DNA from: a virus
Length of the DNA: 64,000 nucleotides
Virus record (IMG/VR): IMGVR_UViG_3300025880_000014
Coordinates: 2,458 to 66,457 of that record
Strand: one strand, 5' to 3'
The position numbers and the translations under genes are program-made. Shown here piece after piece: positions 1-10,070 of the stretch (within the stretch, counting starts at the first letter, position 1; every line of letters begins with the position of its first letter). Under the pieces are notes generated by a model that saw only the letters and a program-made list of their open reading frames with translations, ran no database searches and was not told where the DNA came from.

Positions 1-3000
1 CGCTATTCCTAAGTTTTTAAATTTATTGTATATTAATCTTTCTCTCCATCTATCTTCTATTTCATCTGAGTATAATCCAATAGTTTGTTGGGTTAATGTC
101 ACTTCAGCGTCCGATTGACTTCCTGGATGGTCTATTGGATAAGGTATAATAATACCTTCTAGATCCCCGCCTGTTCTAGCGTTAGCAAAATTACCAGGGG
201 CTGGACTTTGTAATAATCCTTCAACTATATTTAAATCTGGAATTAAGGTAGATTGTACTGTATAGATATCTGTGAAATCTACTACATCGTTAAACATTGG
301 ATTATATTCGCCATTCATTCTTCTTAGAACAGTAAAGTATCCACCATCTTCTCTTTCTTTTAATATTTTACCAATCTCTTCTGAACTTAATCTATAAGAT
401 CTTGGTCTGTCGCCGTCAATTGCAGTATCAAGCACTGAAGGTTTAACTACTTCAACACCGTCTTGTACTTCTAAAACAAAATCATCAATAAATTCTTGAT
501 CTGGAAAATTACCATCTACTCTAGTATAAAATACTTCTCCAAAATTATTAAATCTCTTTGCAAAGTTGTACGATACTATTTCTTCTAGTATATTTTTCCA
601 ACCCGCTGAACCAGTTCTCCAATATTTAAACACAGTACTTGTTGGTATATAGTCTAATAATTGTGGATCTAATGGAAATCCTCCAAAGACTGGACCATCC
701 TCTAACGTGAATGGGATAGGTAATCCAGAAACAATAATTTGATCGTCATTAATAATTGAAACCACCTTCATACATGCGTATTGAGTTTGTCCATTTGCTT
801 CATATGGAAAATATATCCATGAATATTTTCCATCTTCATTCAGCGTAATCTCTTTAGTAAATGCAGATGTTCCTCCACTTACTGCTAATTGACTTGCATA
901 TACTATAACTTCATCATTAGGATTTTGTGGCCAATCAGATCTACTTAAGTCTATTTCAAAAGATATATCTGTGTCAATAATACTATCAATAGGATCGCCG
1001 TTAACGTCTAATATTTCTTCTTTAATATCTTGTAATTCATAAACCGATGAACGATCTAAGTAATCTACTATATTTTCTTTAACATTTATTGTAATAACTA
1101 CACAAATAAATTTAAATGTGTCGTTTTTAATAACTCGATATTGTACTGAATTAGATTCTCCATCTTTCTCATATTGTAGCGTAACTCCAAATTTAAAAGA
1201 ATTAACATCTGTTGTTTTCTCAAATGAGGTAGGAGCACTTTTAATGAACTCCTTTCTTTTTTTATAAATATATCGCAATCCTCTAAATACTGTACTAGGT
1301 TCTAACTCAGACGTACCTCCGTTGAATTTAGTGTATAGCTTTTTAGATTTATCATCTATCCACATTCCGTCATTTTGATTAACTGCTCCATTCCATCTAA
1401 AGTACAGACTAAAATAATCTACTAAGGTAGATTTTAATTGACCTAAACTTATTCCTTCAGTTGTTGTAAAGCTCGTGAATGAGGATAATCCAGTGAGGGT
1501 ATTGTTATCATGAAAACTTGCTGGTATTTCGTTAAAATGGAAATGCTCCATATTTAAGTTATCATAATTTCTACCTGATTCTAATCTTATTTCAGGAGAA
1601 AGATTGTTAGGACCGAATGCTTCACTTATATTTAAAATATAAGGTAAATTTCTAGCGTTTGTACCATTCTTTAATGAATATTTCATAATGGTAGGTACTA
1701 TTCTACTTTTAAGAGAGGTTTCCTTTAACTCGTTTTCATGTAATCTATCATATTCTGAGCTAATGTTAGCAGCTGCCGCATTTTCTTCTATAGTCTCTTG
1801 ATATAATACGGGAGACAATCCTGCAAAATTATCAGAAGGCACATAACCTTCACCAAAAGATTCATACTCTAATTCTCCTAATTCTGAATTTTTAGTTGAA
1901 TAAAAATCAAAATCAAAATCTTTTATCGAATACGCACTAAATTTACCAAAACTAGGGGTAAACTTATTGTATAATTGAATTGTACCGTCACTTGGTATTT
2001 TAAATTCATTATTTAAAACAACTCTATACGTGTCTTTATTTGCATGGTCCTCTACAATATCTATTATTCTAAAGTATTTAGTTAAATTAGAATGCTTTAC
2101 ATATTGGCCTACGCTGGCTTCTCCTAATTCGCTAGCATCTACCAAGAAAGCAGCTCCTACTTTAGATCCGCCCGATGCGGTATATAATGACCAGTCATCA
2201 AATTGAGTACCTGTGTAATTTTGTAACCCTGTATGATCTTCTTTAGCAACTTCAATATTTATAAAATCAGAAGCATTTAAATCATATAGTCCGAATGATA
2301 ATCTATTTCTATTATCTCCATTTGCATAATCTTCAACAATAACAGATCTACCGTCTACTTTTGTTTTATAATTAGATATATCTGCAATCAGTCTACTAAT
2401 AGTTATTGCAACTTGCTCCAAAGTACCTTGGTTTGAAAACTTATTACCAGAGAAATTACCAGCAGGTAAGTTATCATCTGCTATTAATGTAAAATCATAA
2501 ATAACATGATTTGATATTTCAATCTCTGTTTTATCCCCAATATAAAATCTATCGTTTATTATTGGCCTGTTCGTTATTTCAAACTTTATAAATGGTTTGT
2601 TTATAATTTTTTTAGAAAGAGCTTGCAGTTTATTTTGTGCAATTGCATAATTAGTTGATTTTATTAAACTACTAATATCAATACTGCTAGTAACTGGTAT
2701 TTGTAAATTTTCTACCTTTTGATTGTTCTTTATATGTAAAAATGAATCTTCTCCTAAATTAATATAAGAAAGCGTAGGCAACTTTAGCTCAGCAGTTTTT
2801 GGTAACATATCCTCGTGAGTTATTCCCGCTCCGACAACGTCATATACCGTGTGTGTTGTATTTGGTTCAATACTTACAACGTTATTAGAAGATACTGAGT
2901 TAATATTAAAAGTACCTTCTTCAATATCATCAACATATAATCCAAAGTACCTGTAAATCTTATAATCTTCTGCTGAATAATCATCAAACATAAACTCAAG

Positions 3001-3795
3001 ATTAATTAAATTAGCTGAGATTACACCATGTCTTTCAAACCCTTTTGTAATTATTTCATTGGTGTTAATTTCTAAATTATCTTGCTGAATATAGTCTTCT
3101 GCAATAAAGTCTTTCTTAGAAACAAATCCGCCTTTAGTTGTATCGATTCCTTTGTATAATACGGCACAGTTGTCTGAAAAGTTAAATTCAATAGCAGACT
3201 CTGGCATGCCTTTATCAAATACATGTGAATGTAGATATCTTCCAATGTTACTTTTTCTAGTAAGATCAAATGCTTTAACAATTGTCGCAGATTCTAATAA
3301 CTCTAGAATTCTATCATTTTGACCGAGAGTATTTTCGTTGTATTTGTTTTTATAATCAACATCATCAACTCGATATACTATGAATTTTTTAGGGATTCTA
3401 CGGTCTAACCAGATAGGAGCAAAAAGCTTATACTGTTCGTCGTATAGCTTAGTTGAATTAAAACTTGCACCATAATTATATTGATCCTCATATTGAAATG
3501 AGTAATCTGAATATGGAGTAATGTCAGAGTATTTTTTTAATGTTTGAAACCTTTCGTCAACAGGTGCTCCTTTAAAAAATCGAGCAACATCATTTGAGTA
3601 AATTCCTGTATCTGAAACTTCAAACTTTTGATATTCTACCTTTGAAAGAACTTTGTTAGCCTTAAAGGCACCTAAAAACATATTCTCCGCAGAATCAACA
3701 ATTAACTTTAAATTGCTAGTTAACTTTGGGTTTGTTCTTAGTAGTGCGAATGAAGATTCCTCCTCTTTATTATTTGTGTTAAAATTTATAGCCAT
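1..3795 (-). CDS. Large virion structural protein, 3' end outside the window (>1265 aa; begins MAINFNTNNKEEESSFALLRTNPKLTSNLKL)
   Basis: ATG at 3795. I checked the first ~65 and last 20 codons in frame and found no stop. It is absent from the ORF track, consistent with running off the edge. It lies in the structural operon. Confidence 0.8.
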   Translation of the reverse strand, partial: MAINFNTNNKEEESSFALLRTNPKLTSNLKLIVDSAENMFLGAFKANKVLSKVEYQKFEVSDTGIYSNDVARFFKGAPVDERFQTLKKYSDITPYSDYSFQYEDQYNYGASFNSTKLYDEQYKLFAPIWLDRRIPKKFIVYRVDDVDYKNKYNENTLGQNDRILELLESATIVKAFDLTRKSNIGRYLHSHVFDKGMPESAIEFNFSDNCAVLYKGIDTTKGGFVSKKDFIAEDYIQQDNLEINTNEIITKGFERHGVISANLINLEFMFDDYSAEDYKIYRYFGLYVDDIEEGTFNINSVSSNNVVSIEPNTTHTVYDVVGAGITHEDMLPKTAELKLPTLSYINLGEDSFLHIKNNQKVENLQIPVTSSIDISSLIKSTNYAIAQNKLQALSKKIINKPFIKFEITNRPIINDRFYIGDKTEIEISNHVIYDFTLIADDNLPAGNFSGNKFSNQGTLEQVAITISRLIADISNYKTKVDGRSVIVEDYANGDNRNRLSFGLYDLNASDFINIEVAKEDHTGLQNYTGTQFDDWSLYTASGGSKVGAAFLVDASELGEASVGQYVKHSNLTKYFRIIDIVEDHANKDTYRVVLNNEFKIPSDGTIQLYNKFTPSFGKFSAYSIKDFDFDFYSTKNSELGELEYESFGEGYVPSDNFAGLSPVLYQETIEENAAAANISSEYDRLHENELKETSLKSRIVPTIMKYSLKNGTNARNLPYILNISEAFGPNNLSPEIRLESGRNYDNLNMEHFHFNEIPASFHDNNTLTGLSSFTSFTTTEGISLGQLKSTLVDYFSLYFRWNGAVNQNDGMWIDDKSKKLYTKFNGGTSELEPSTVFRGLRYIYKKRKEFIKSAPTSFEKTTDVNSFKFGVTLQYEKDGESNSVQYRVIKNDTFKFICVVITINVKENIVDYLDRSSVYELQDIKEEILDVNGDPIDSIIDTDISFEIDLSRSDWPQNPNDEVIVYASQLAVSGGTSAFTKEITLNEDGKYSWIYFPYEANGQTQYACMKVVSIINDDQIIVSGLPIPFTLEDGPVFGGFPLDPQLLDYIPTSTVFKYWRTGSAGWKNILEEIVSYNFAKRFNNFGEVFYTRVDGNFPDQEFIDDFVLEVQDGVEVVKPSVLDTAIDGDRPRSYRLSSEEIGKILKEREDGGYFTVLRRMNGEYNPMFNDVVDFTDIYTVQSTLIPDLNIVEGLLQSPAPGNFANARTGGDLEGIIIPYPIDHPGSQSDAEVTLTQQTIGLYSDEIEDRWRERLIYNKFKNLGIA

Positions 3796-3799
3796 TACT

Positions 3800-3846
3800 G
3801 GGACCTCTTTTTAGTTAAATTATATATCATAATTTTAAGAGGTCCC
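3800..3846 (-). promoter_or_regulatory. 10-bp inverted repeat (GGGACCTCTT / AAGAGGTCCC) covering the SD-like AAGAGGT of the 3795 gene, with a GATATATA motif in the loop
   Basis: Arms at 3800-3809 and 3837-3846; TATATATC at 3821-3828; AAGAGGT is 7 nt before the ATG on the minus strand. Confidence 0.55.
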
Positions 3847-3861
3847 TTTATCAGGTTATGT

Positions 3862-6800
3862 CTAAAATTCTTCTCTAATGTTAGGTAGTGAAAAATCAAC
3901 GTTTCTACCTCTAAACGGAGTATATTTACCGGTTGTTGTATAATTAGTTAACATTGATGACGTTATAGAATTTATATTTTTACCAGTCGCTCTATATTTA
4001 GAATATACTTCAATATCGAATTGGAAATCATTACCGTTTGAATCTACGATATCTATACCAATTACTTTAGAATATGTTAAATTTTGTAAAGTGTTAGTAA
4101 GTATACCTCCAACTCTACCTCTAGTAGTATCTTCTTCACCATAATAATCTGTCATTCTGTATTGATATACTAAATCAACCGTTATTGCGTTAGAGCTATT
4201 TCCTTCGATTATCTTTTTACCCCTTTTATTACTAGCATCAACTGTTAAGGCGTCTTTACCTAGCGGAGATATGTATAAGAAAGATCCACATGAATGTCCT
4301 CCTAATAAGTATTGATCATTCGGTTCAAATGAATTTTTTAAAGCAGTTCTTGTACCATACGTTAAATTTCCATTAGTAGCATCAATAATAGTCGGAGTTA
4401 ATTTAAATGCGGTTTGTTGTTTTCCATGTAAATCACTAGCTCTTCTAGGTGCTGTTTTAGGTAATCCAATTAGACCGTTTTTAGCGATATCTAGTGCTGT
4501 TAAACCATCAGTACCTTTTGCTTGTTGTGAATATGGGTGAGAGTCGTGAATAAATATTGCATTATCGTATAAAGATACTGTAACATTGTCCGGTGATATT
4601 AAATTACGATCAAGTTCAGTTTCACCGTTCCAGATAAAACTAGTATCCCCTTGCACGAACGTTCCCCATGCTTCTTGTTGTGCAGTTGTAAATGATTTTG
4701 ATCCGTTTGCAATATCAGTTACCCCTATTATTTTATATGCATCATTAATACCATATTCATATTTGTCATACCCTGAAGTATCACCTAAATCAATGTCTCC
4801 ATCACTACCATCAATGTCTCTTAAATAATGCCCATTGTCGTTTGCAAGATTCATAAACCTTGAATACATAAATTGACCTCTTAGTTGAGATGACTGTACC
4901 GGACTATCATTGAAATATGTTTCGTCAGATTCAGTAGCATCTAAATTTTGATAAACAACAGGTACTAAGTCGTATTTTCCTTCGGTTGTATAATATGTAT
5001 CTGCTGCTATTATTGGATCAACTGCCCCTGTTTGTCTTCCCCATACTTGAGTATCGGTAGAAGAGTATGCAGGTTGTTCAACATCTCCTAATATTCTTGC
5101 GATTAATTCTAAGTTAGACGCTTTAGTATTAGATAGATTTATTTTAAAGTTTTTAGTAACGATGAATCCTTTACCACCTGCTCCTGTTGGAATTTCATCA
5201 ATATAATATCCAGCAAATAGTTTAACTTTACTATTATTAGATACTGGCGTTACATTACCATCTTCATCGATTATTTGTACTAGTAATTCTCCAATAGTAC
5301 CGTCGATTTGAGCTCTTAAAGATTCTACTTCGTTTTGAAGTTCTAAAAGCTTATCATATACTGAAATTGGATTTTGCTCTCCTGTTAAAAAGCCTGACGC
5401 TAATGAAGAGGCATTGTGTGCAAAATATTTTTCGTTTACAGTAAATGAATCTCCAACGTGATCATATACACCAACTGATTCTAAGTCTTCTTTTAAAGAA
5501 ACTTTTAAATTGTCTAATTCGTTTTGTGAAATTAAGCCAGCTAGTGATTCTGTAGATAATTCACCTTCTGGGAATTCTACTTTAATAACATCAGTCCATT
5601 CACTTGTTATTGGATTAGCTGGGAAACCTGCTTCTGAAACAGATTTAACCATAATCTCAACAATTTCTCCAGATCTTATTGGTAAATCAATTGAATTAAA
5701 ATTAACTGCTTGTGCATCTTCTTCGCTTTCAACTATCCATTCATATTTACCGTCTTCGTTTAACTCTCTCTTTCTAACAGGTCCATCGACTTCGATCCAG
5801 TTTGAGAATGCTGCAGTCTTTTTAGTACCGTTAGTTGTGTCATCAAACGCGATTTGATCAATGTTTGATGTTTTTCCAGAAGTAGAAACGTATCTATATC
5901 TAGTTTTAAATTGAACTACTTCTTGCGAAAGCTCATCACCAACAGTCTTGGGTGCCGGAATAGGCCAGAATCCTCTAACTCTAAATTTTGGAGTAGCTGA
6001 AGAAATATCTGCCGATTCTGCTGCTGCCTTAATTTCAGAAACAATAGATGCAAATAATTTAACTTCAGATGCTTTTTCGTTTACAAGGGCTTTAAATTCA
6101 TTAAGTTGTTTATCTCTCTCAACCTTAGACTTAAATTTCTTAGTATTTAGTAGAGATTTTTTAACCTTAATAGCCTCATTAATATTCTTTAAACTTTGTT
6201 CAGCTGCTAATTTATCTGACTTAAGTTGTTTAATTTTTTTAGTTGTGGTGTTATCTGTTAAATGCTTGTTTATTTGGATAACTTTTAAATCATTAGTAGA
6301 AACTGCTGGAGAATCCGGCTTTATACCAACTGCTGCTGGTGGAATATAATCTACTTTAAGTGCTTTAATAAATTGCCCAAAATCAGCAACCTCATTTTTA
6401 TAATAAGATGCTAATGTTTTAATAGTACCGTCTTCGGCTGCTATTTGTAATTCGTTTGAATAAAAACCAATACCCGGAGAATATTCATTTGCCGGTATGT
6501 TTGATAAAGGATCAATTGGTTTGATAAATATTACTTGTCTTTCATCAAATCCTACCTTAATTTCAACGTCTAAGTCTGTGTCAATATCTCTATATACTGA
6601 TAACACATTTGAACCTACTTTAATCGATTCAAATCCTTCAATTAACTCTAATTCAATTTGTGATGTTGAACTATCAATAGATCTTACAATATATCTGGTC
6701 TTTAGCTCTCCAGAATTAACTACTAATGAATCAGAAACTTTTAAAACTTCAGTCTCTAGAAGTGTTTTAGATGCATCTGAGTATGTCAGTTTGTCAAGAG

Positions 6801-7521
6801 TAAATAACTTAACTGTTTTAGTTCGAGTGATACCATCAACAACTTGTGACTTCTGCTCATTAGATATTTTAGTCACATCAAAGTTACCAAAATACTGTAT
6901 TGATCTAATTGGCATTTCAATTACTTCTGAGTCTAAATAATATTTTAAACCGCCTTCTGTAATTTTATCTTGTAAAGCCTTATATGTAATTTCGCTTTCT
7001 CCTTTGTATAATTCATCAAAAGAATCAGAAGTATTTCCGTCAGTTGAATCAAAGATAAATCTTTCAATATAAACTCTTTCAGTTTCCACTGGAATCTGAC
7101 CGCTAACATCTAGTTTAACAGTTAATAGAGGATTTAAAAAGTCCTCAAAGAATTCATTTAATTTTGTATTAAATTGAGTAGGTGCTGCTAGTGATGTGAT
7201 TGGCTTAGAAGGACCTTTAAGTTTAGAAGTATATACTTTTCTATAAGAACCATCTTTTAATCTTACATTTGCTCCATTACCTTCAACACCAGAAATAGAC
7301 TCTAAATTTTTATTTAGTCTTTCAATTTCTCTTTTTAAATATCCAAACGCAGGAATCTGCACGGACTTAACTCCTTCGCCAGAAGGGTCCCATAAATCTA
7401 CAGTAACTGTTTCTTTATCAGTTGAGATCGCTTCATTAATACGATTGAAAGTTTCTAGTGAATTAGTGTTTAATTCTAGAAACTGTTCGAGTAATTGTGA
7501 TATTGAATTTTGTGCACTCAT
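3862..7521 (-). CDS. Large virion structural protein (1219 aa) with a central basic coiled coil
   Basis: ORF track; beta-rich with a Lys-rich helix at about aa 425-505; in the baseplate operon. Confidence 0.6.
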   Translation of the reverse strand: MSAQNSISQLLEQFLELNTNSLETFNRINEAISTDKETVTVDLWDPSGEGVKSVQIPAFGYLKREIERLNKNLESISGVEGNGANVRLKDGSYRKVYTSKLKGPSKPITSLAAPTQFNTKLNEFFEDFLNPLLTVKLDVSGQIPVETERVYIERFIFDSTDGNTSDSFDELYKGESEITYKALQDKITEGGLKYYLDSEVIEMPIRSIQYFGNFDVTKISNEQKSQVVDGITRTKTVKLFTLDKLTYSDASKTLLETEVLKVSDSLVVNSGELKTRYIVRSIDSSTSQIELELIEGFESIKVGSNVLSVYRDIDTDLDVEIKVGFDERQVIFIKPIDPLSNIPANEYSPGIGFYSNELQIAAEDGTIKTLASYYKNEVADFGQFIKALKVDYIPPAAVGIKPDSPAVSTNDLKVIQINKHLTDNTTTKKIKQLKSDKLAAEQSLKNINEAIKVKKSLLNTKKFKSKVERDKQLNEFKALVNEKASEVKLFASIVSEIKAAAESADISSATPKFRVRGFWPIPAPKTVGDELSQEVVQFKTRYRYVSTSGKTSNIDQIAFDDTTNGTKKTAAFSNWIEVDGPVRKRELNEDGKYEWIVESEEDAQAVNFNSIDLPIRSGEIVEIMVKSVSEAGFPANPITSEWTDVIKVEFPEGELSTESLAGLISQNELDNLKVSLKEDLESVGVYDHVGDSFTVNEKYFAHNASSLASGFLTGEQNPISVYDKLLELQNEVESLRAQIDGTIGELLVQIIDEDGNVTPVSNNSKVKLFAGYYIDEIPTGAGGKGFIVTKNFKINLSNTKASNLELIARILGDVEQPAYSSTDTQVWGRQTGAVDPIIAADTYYTTEGKYDLVPVVYQNLDATESDETYFNDSPVQSSQLRGQFMYSRFMNLANDNGHYLRDIDGSDGDIDLGDTSGYDKYEYGINDAYKIIGVTDIANGSKSFTTAQQEAWGTFVQGDTSFIWNGETELDRNLISPDNVTVSLYDNAIFIHDSHPYSQQAKGTDGLTALDIAKNGLIGLPKTAPRRASDLHGKQQTAFKLTPTIIDATNGNLTYGTRTALKNSFEPNDQYLLGGHSCGSFLYISPLGKDALTVDASNKRGKKIIEGNSSNAITVDLVYQYRMTDYYGEEDTTRGRVGGILTNTLQNLTYSKVIGIDIVDSNGNDFQFDIEVYSKYRATGKNINSITSSMLTNYTTTGKYTPFRGRNVDFSLPNIREEF

Positions 7522-7523
7522 AA

Positions 7524-9506
7524 TTATCTTATAATTTCAAGTTCGAATGTCTTGTTTATTTCGTCAACGCAAACTAATTCGATATATGGCTTATTACTTA
7601 ATAGATCGGTTGAGTTGATCGTATTTTTTAATACCCATTTATCTTTTTTACCTACGTATATATTAATTCCATTATTATCTAAGTCTAAAATAGGTGTTTT
7701 AAAAGCTAATTTAACAATATGTCCTAATTTAACAGGGATAACGCTGTCATCTAAGTATATATCCAAATCACTAGTGAACGTCTCTCCTTGCTCAGTGTAT
7801 ATTCTAATTAGATTATCATATCTCTTAAGTCTTGTCCATATCCCAATACCAGATGCAGCTTGTTGAGGATTCCAAGGTGATGTTTCACTTATTTTATCAA
7901 CAACAACATTTCCACTAGAATCGTATGTGTGTAATTCATTAAGACTATATCCGTTGTTTGTGTTTTGTATTTTTATTTTTTCCGGGTTACTTTTATCTAT
8001 TAAGATACCATTTCCAGCTGCAATAACGTCTGTGTTGTATTGAACTGCTGTTGGAATCTTACCACTGATAACCTGGTTTAATCTGTCATTTGTCTTAGAT
8101 ATAATATCTAAGATTGATCCAGCATTGCTAAAGTTTAATGATGCATCTTCGATAGATTGCTCTAATGCTTCTACTTTAACAGAGATAGAGCTTTGATCAA
8201 CTGAAGTCATCATTAAATTTTCTAAACTATCTAATCTGTTAGATATGATATTAAATCTATGACTAGCTTCTGCTAATATTTTAGCAGCATTTTCTAAAGA
8301 ACTTGTAGTATCAAAAAACAAATCCATCGAGAACGTTGTAAAGTCATTGATGTTTGTTTCAATACCTACATTATCTAAAGATGAATTAAACTTAACGTTT
8401 AATTTTAAAGCAAATGCATTTCCGTTTAGTCCAGTTACTTCGTTTGGCTTATATTTACTTAATTCAGGTAGATACCATCCCGTATTAGCAGGATCATATT
8501 TCCAGTTGTCTAATATAATAACACCATATAGGTTAGTTGTTCTATTTCCTGGGTTTGATTTAGAGTAAACATCATAGTATACTAAAATTGCATTGAATCT
8601 AAAATCTCCACCTCTTTTCGAGTAGTCTTGAATTGTACTTAACTTAGAGTCTGCATCAATTGCAGCATAAGATACTGGATTCCATTCAATTCCGTAATTG
8701 TATGTTGAATTCGGATCGATATTAATTGTACCGTTTTCAGAATCTGCAAGAGACTCTAATGAAATATTAGAATCTGGGTGAGCTTGACCATCTCTTCCGT
8801 TAATATAAGAACCTGGCTGATATGCGGTAGCTGTTGTGTTAAAGGTTGAATTTTTAAATAAAACTGTTGGAGTGTATCCAGCTGAAGTAGGAACATTAAT
8901 GAAAACTTCATTATAAGTATCACCGTTATAATTTTTATCATTAGTTACGTCTACATTTCCTAAGTATTTCACTACTTGGCCGTATTCAGATCCACTTTGA
9001 ATTGAATCATCTTCTTCAACTACTCTATTATAACCTGAAGTTGCTTCTTGCGAATTAGCAGGTCTTGTTCTAAATGCTCCAATTTCATTTAACCATTTAA
9101 AAAAGATTTTTTCTGAATCAGATGCATATATTGTGCTATCAAAATCGTCATCCGTTAAGATAAAATTCTCAAGGTTGAGCGCATAATTCTGGAACGTAGT
9201 AGCAAAATGGCGATTTGCGTTATCGTCCGGAGAAGTCGCATCATAATTAGGTGCAATCCCTGGTAAGCCGGTTACCGGGTCAACAGCAACTGGTCCACCC
9301 TCATGTAAATTACCGAATTGTATGTAATTGTTTGTTGAATTACCTGAAGGTTCTGCAACCACTGGTAAATCTAATAGAGCGAATTTCGAATATTCAAAAA
9401 CAACATCTGGATTATAGTATGCGCGTGTAAGATCTCTAGCAGCACTAGAAAAAGCGTACATAGTACCTCCCTGTTCTTGAGGAATTCTAATTAATGGTGT
9501 AGCCAT
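7524..9506 (-). CDS. Virion structural protein (660 aa) with a coiled-coil segment
   Basis: ORF track; 2-nt gap to the next gene; Asn/Ser/Thr-rich. Confidence 0.55.
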   Translation of the reverse strand: MATPLIRIPQEQGGTMYAFSSAARDLTRAYYNPDVVFEYSKFALLDLPVVAEPSGNSTNNYIQFGNLHEGGPVAVDPVTGLPGIAPNYDATSPDDNANRHFATTFQNYALNLENFILTDDDFDSTIYASDSEKIFFKWLNEIGAFRTRPANSQEATSGYNRVVEEDDSIQSGSEYGQVVKYLGNVDVTNDKNYNGDTYNEVFINVPTSAGYTPTVLFKNSTFNTTATAYQPGSYINGRDGQAHPDSNISLESLADSENGTINIDPNSTYNYGIEWNPVSYAAIDADSKLSTIQDYSKRGGDFRFNAILVYYDVYSKSNPGNRTTNLYGVIILDNWKYDPANTGWYLPELSKYKPNEVTGLNGNAFALKLNVKFNSSLDNVGIETNINDFTTFSMDLFFDTTSSLENAAKILAEASHRFNIISNRLDSLENLMMTSVDQSSISVKVEALEQSIEDASLNFSNAGSILDIISKTNDRLNQVISGKIPTAVQYNTDVIAAGNGILIDKSNPEKIKIQNTNNGYSLNELHTYDSSGNVVVDKISETSPWNPQQAASGIGIWTRLKRYDNLIRIYTEQGETFTSDLDIYLDDSVIPVKLGHIVKLAFKTPILDLDNNGINIYVGKKDKWVLKNTINSTDLLSNKPYIELVCVDEINKTFELEIIR

Positions 9507-9523
9507 TTACTTGTTTTATTTTT

Positions 9524-10069
9524 TTAGAATGTTAATGTCGTGTTAGCATGAGAAATTACATACCATAATGAATTAACTTGTCTTAGTGTTAATGTTCCGT
9601 TATCGTTAATTGTGAAGTTAGCTGAAACCCCCGCAACGTTAGATGCATCGATTTGAGTATCTTCATCTGCGATAAAAGTTACACATTGTCCTTCTACTCC
9701 TAATGCAACTACATTTACTCCTGTTAAAACAGAACCGTCTAAAACGTATGTTGATTTTGTGTAAGTTGAGGGCATAACTGATACTGCACCGGTAGATACA
9801 GAATAAATTAAACCTTCTTCTAAAGTTAATGATCCTTCGATTGTTGTCGGTTTTGATAATATAACTGAAGTTGAATCTGCAGATAATACACCAGAGATAT
9901 TTAATGATGATGCTGCAACCGCCCCGGTAAGGGTTAGTGTTTGAGTATTAACATCAAGTAAATTACCGATGCTAATCAGCTCGTCGTTCATCTGCTGAAA
10001 ATTATCGTTTAATACGATTCTTGACGAAGATAGACTATCTGTTCCTAAAATTGTTGTGATACTTGCCAT
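9524..10069 (-). CDS. Small beta-rich structural or fibre-associated protein (181 aa)
   Basis: N-terminal ITTILGTDSLSSSRIVLNDNF resembles phage fibre/baseplate anchor starts; operon context. Confidence 0.45.
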   Translation of the reverse strand: MASITTILGTDSLSSSRIVLNDNFQQMNDELISIGNLLDVNTQTLTLTGAVAASSLNISGVLSADSTSVILSKPTTIEGSLTLEEGLIYSVSTGAVSVMPSTYTKSTYVLDGSVLTGVNVVALGVEGQCVTFIADEDTQIDASNVAGVSANFTINDNGTLTLRQVNSLWYVISHANTTLTF

Positions 10070-10070
10070 T

